From Selaginella moellendorffii (lineage: Eukaryota; Plantae; Lycopodiophyta): a stretch of DNA of 64,000 nt. The position numbers and the translations under genes were made by a program. Below are positions 61,594 through 64,000 of this stretch, in pieces (positions within the stretch are counted from its first letter, which is position 1; each line of letters opens with the position of its first letter). The notes beneath the pieces were generated by a model. It was not told the origin of the DNA. It worked only from the letters and a program-made list of their open reading frames with translations, and searched no databases. The stretch is from assembly GCF_000143415.4 (NCBI RefSeq), contig NW_003314276.1:1588696-1652695 (forward strand), given 5' to 3'.

Positions 61594-64000
61594 CTAGCAC
61601 TTGCCCAACATATACTGTCCTGTTAACAAATACTATTTTGAATGTTAAGTCTAATGAACAAATAAAATAGCTTGCTAATAGGATAACATTCTTAATCAAG
61701 AATTTGTTTCAATGCTACAAACAATGCATGGAGGATTTAATATAAAACCTCCTTATATACTGTGTTGATAGTGAAAGTAGGACTCAAAGGGAATAACTAT
61801 CCTTGGAGTGAGATGTTTTGTACTTTAATGCCTAATCTTGCTGGTGATATGCATTTTGATAATGCCACATAAAGTTGGCCATGGGTGAAAACTCGATGTG
61901 GCAAGTGTATTCCGACTCAGTCAAATGTTTGGCCTTGACATTTAAGGCAATACCCTAAACGCACTGGAAATTGTCTTCTAGACATTTTAAATGGAATTTC
62001 TATGTTTGAAGGTGTGAGTGTGATTCGAGGGATGAAAACTCATGTACCTTTGAATTGGCCTAATACAATTTCACAGTCTAGAATTGTTGGTAAGGCACGT
62101 TTAAGTATGAGTTGTGTACCATTACATAGTTCAGTCGATGGACTATATTCCTTAATAGAATAAGGATGATACTTTTTTTAAGCAAGAGTTTATATGGTGG
62201 AAGACCAGAAGAAGTAATGGAATTTAAGAATTCAATTAAAAAATCTTCTGGGTGTTAAGTATCAAAAAAGTCAACACTTTTATAAATATGTATATCACTA
62301 GGTAAGGATAATATATTGTTGAGTTGTTGAATGGATTTTAATAGTGGCATAATCATAACCTTTATAAACATATTAAAATAGATATTTAATACTTTTATAG
62401 TTGCACATATTTCAATATTTATATGAGCTTTATATTTCTTACAGAGGTACTTGTTATAAGGTACAACCCAATGGTGTTCTATATGATAACCATTTTTAAA
62501 AACTGTACATCTATTATCTGGTCTATAATAATCTGGATATCCATTAACTGAAAATGTTGTTTTATAATTAAATTTTTTTGGAAAACCTTTCAAGCAAGAA
62601 CAATTTTCCATGTAAGGACTATTAGGATAAAAAAAAGTCCATATAGTCCATGCATCATATGCGATATAACTATCTTTTTATAGTGTCTTTCAAAAATTCT
62701 TTAAGTTTTATATAGAAAACTATAGAGACCAAATCAAGACGATCTTCAGAACTTTCATTTGGATGTAAGTTTTCTATAATTTCTAACCATTTAAGGTTGC
62801 AAGTGAAAGTAATGAAAATATTTAATTTTGAGTAATGGGCAACAATTGCCATTACATCTTGATAATTTTGTTGCATTGCTCTAGATCCACCATCAAATGT
62901 TGAAGGTAGTATAACAATTTTACAAGGGTTCATATTTTCATTTGAAGCACAATTCGCAACATAATCCATAAGACTAGTATACATTTCTACTCATAATTGT
63001 TTTTGGTGGGTATGATAGTAATATAGGTTATTACTCTCAACTTTGACATATGCATCAACAATGTATTGTTGAGTAAGCTTGCCAACATGTAAGATTTAGT
63101 TGAAACCTAATTGTAGTGTGTCTCTTTTAGATAAGCAATATCTATAATATAGAAGTAATGTAGTTTGAAGTTGTCACATATTCAAAATATTTGCATACCA
63201 TCCTTTATCACCAAAAGGAAATATCAAAAGATAAACCATTGAATCATAATTAACATTAAATCTTTCTAAAATGATTTGCCATAGGATATATACAAATTTC
63301 ACGTCCACGTGGGAGCTCACAAACAAAAACAACAGCAACATCATTTGTTTGTGGTATATTATAATGTTGATTATCTATTCCTTCATTCCTTAGTAACATA
63401 TAAACACCATGTAAAGGACAGCCTATAATTGCTACTTCATGAAGTTCTTTTTATTCCATTTCATGAGATTATCAATCTCAAGGATGATACCACCAGTAAT
63501 ATTAATCAGATAAAAAAGTGCAAAGACTTTTCCCAAGATTACTTTAGTACATCTTTCTGTAAGTCTGTGCGTATGAATTAATATGACAGAGTGTATCAAG
63601 ATGTAATAGGAAATCTTGCTCACAACTTTTATTAAATGGGTTTTAATGCCTTATATCTATGGCTTATTGTGTATCTAGCATATAAAATTGCTTGTAAGAT
63701 AGACTTTGATCACCAGAAAAATGTGATGACATGACACTATGGTAAATCAGCCCATGAATTCTAAAGCAATAAGGACCATTACCTCTTAAAGTGCCAATGT
63801 TAGCACCCATTGATGCAAATGCAAGGGCACTATTATAGTGTTTAATATTACTTCTGAAATTAGAGCTTTTGTAAAGCGTAAGTAAAGTATTTGGCAAAGA
63901 TAATATAGGTGGCAATATCACTTGACCATGTTGACAACACATAGCAATATTCTCATCTTTAAAATGTGATGCATTACAAAAAACACAAATAGCTGATAAA
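61594..64000 (-). mobile_element. Decayed, internally deleted Helitron (RepHel); runs off the window end
   Basis: CCQHGQVILP, YNSALAFASMGA, GPYCFRIHG, VILPSTFDGGSRAMQQNYQD, FITFTCN, VVPYNKYL..AHINIEIC, RRQFPV, CQGQT, VFTHGQLYVALS; CTAG at 61594-61597. Confidence 0.9.

Overview
Eukaryotic land-plant nuclear DNA, not prokaryotic: no rRNA, tRNA or CRISPR seen. Very short introns (mostly 50-110 bp), tight gene spacing and a PPR gene made of ~31-aa repeats suggest a lycophyte such as Selaginella (inference). Bases 1-12.6 kb are gene-dense: RLK kinase remnant, PLS/E-type PPR, CCX exchanger, RPL21 head-to-head with TDP1, a divergent CK2-beta, a 4-exon MinE-like protein missed by the ORF track, DDA1 and an alpha/beta-hydrolase. 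Bases 12.6-64 kb are a rearranged, transposon-rich region. It holds decayed gypsy and Merlin/IS1595-like relics and two copies of a mosaic block (clan-72 CYP, PICKLE fragment, G-patch fragment, F-box pseudogene) plus an inverted partial third copy. It also holds a LIM pseudogene cut by a decayed copia-like element with a nested minisatellite, a germin-like cluster with one intact gene, and a young gypsy element with identical 104-bp LTRs and an internal fold-back inversion. The window ends in head-to-tail Helitron ends beside host-gene fragments (Lhcb, DEAD-box). Exon boundaries and paralog comparisons were read by eye.
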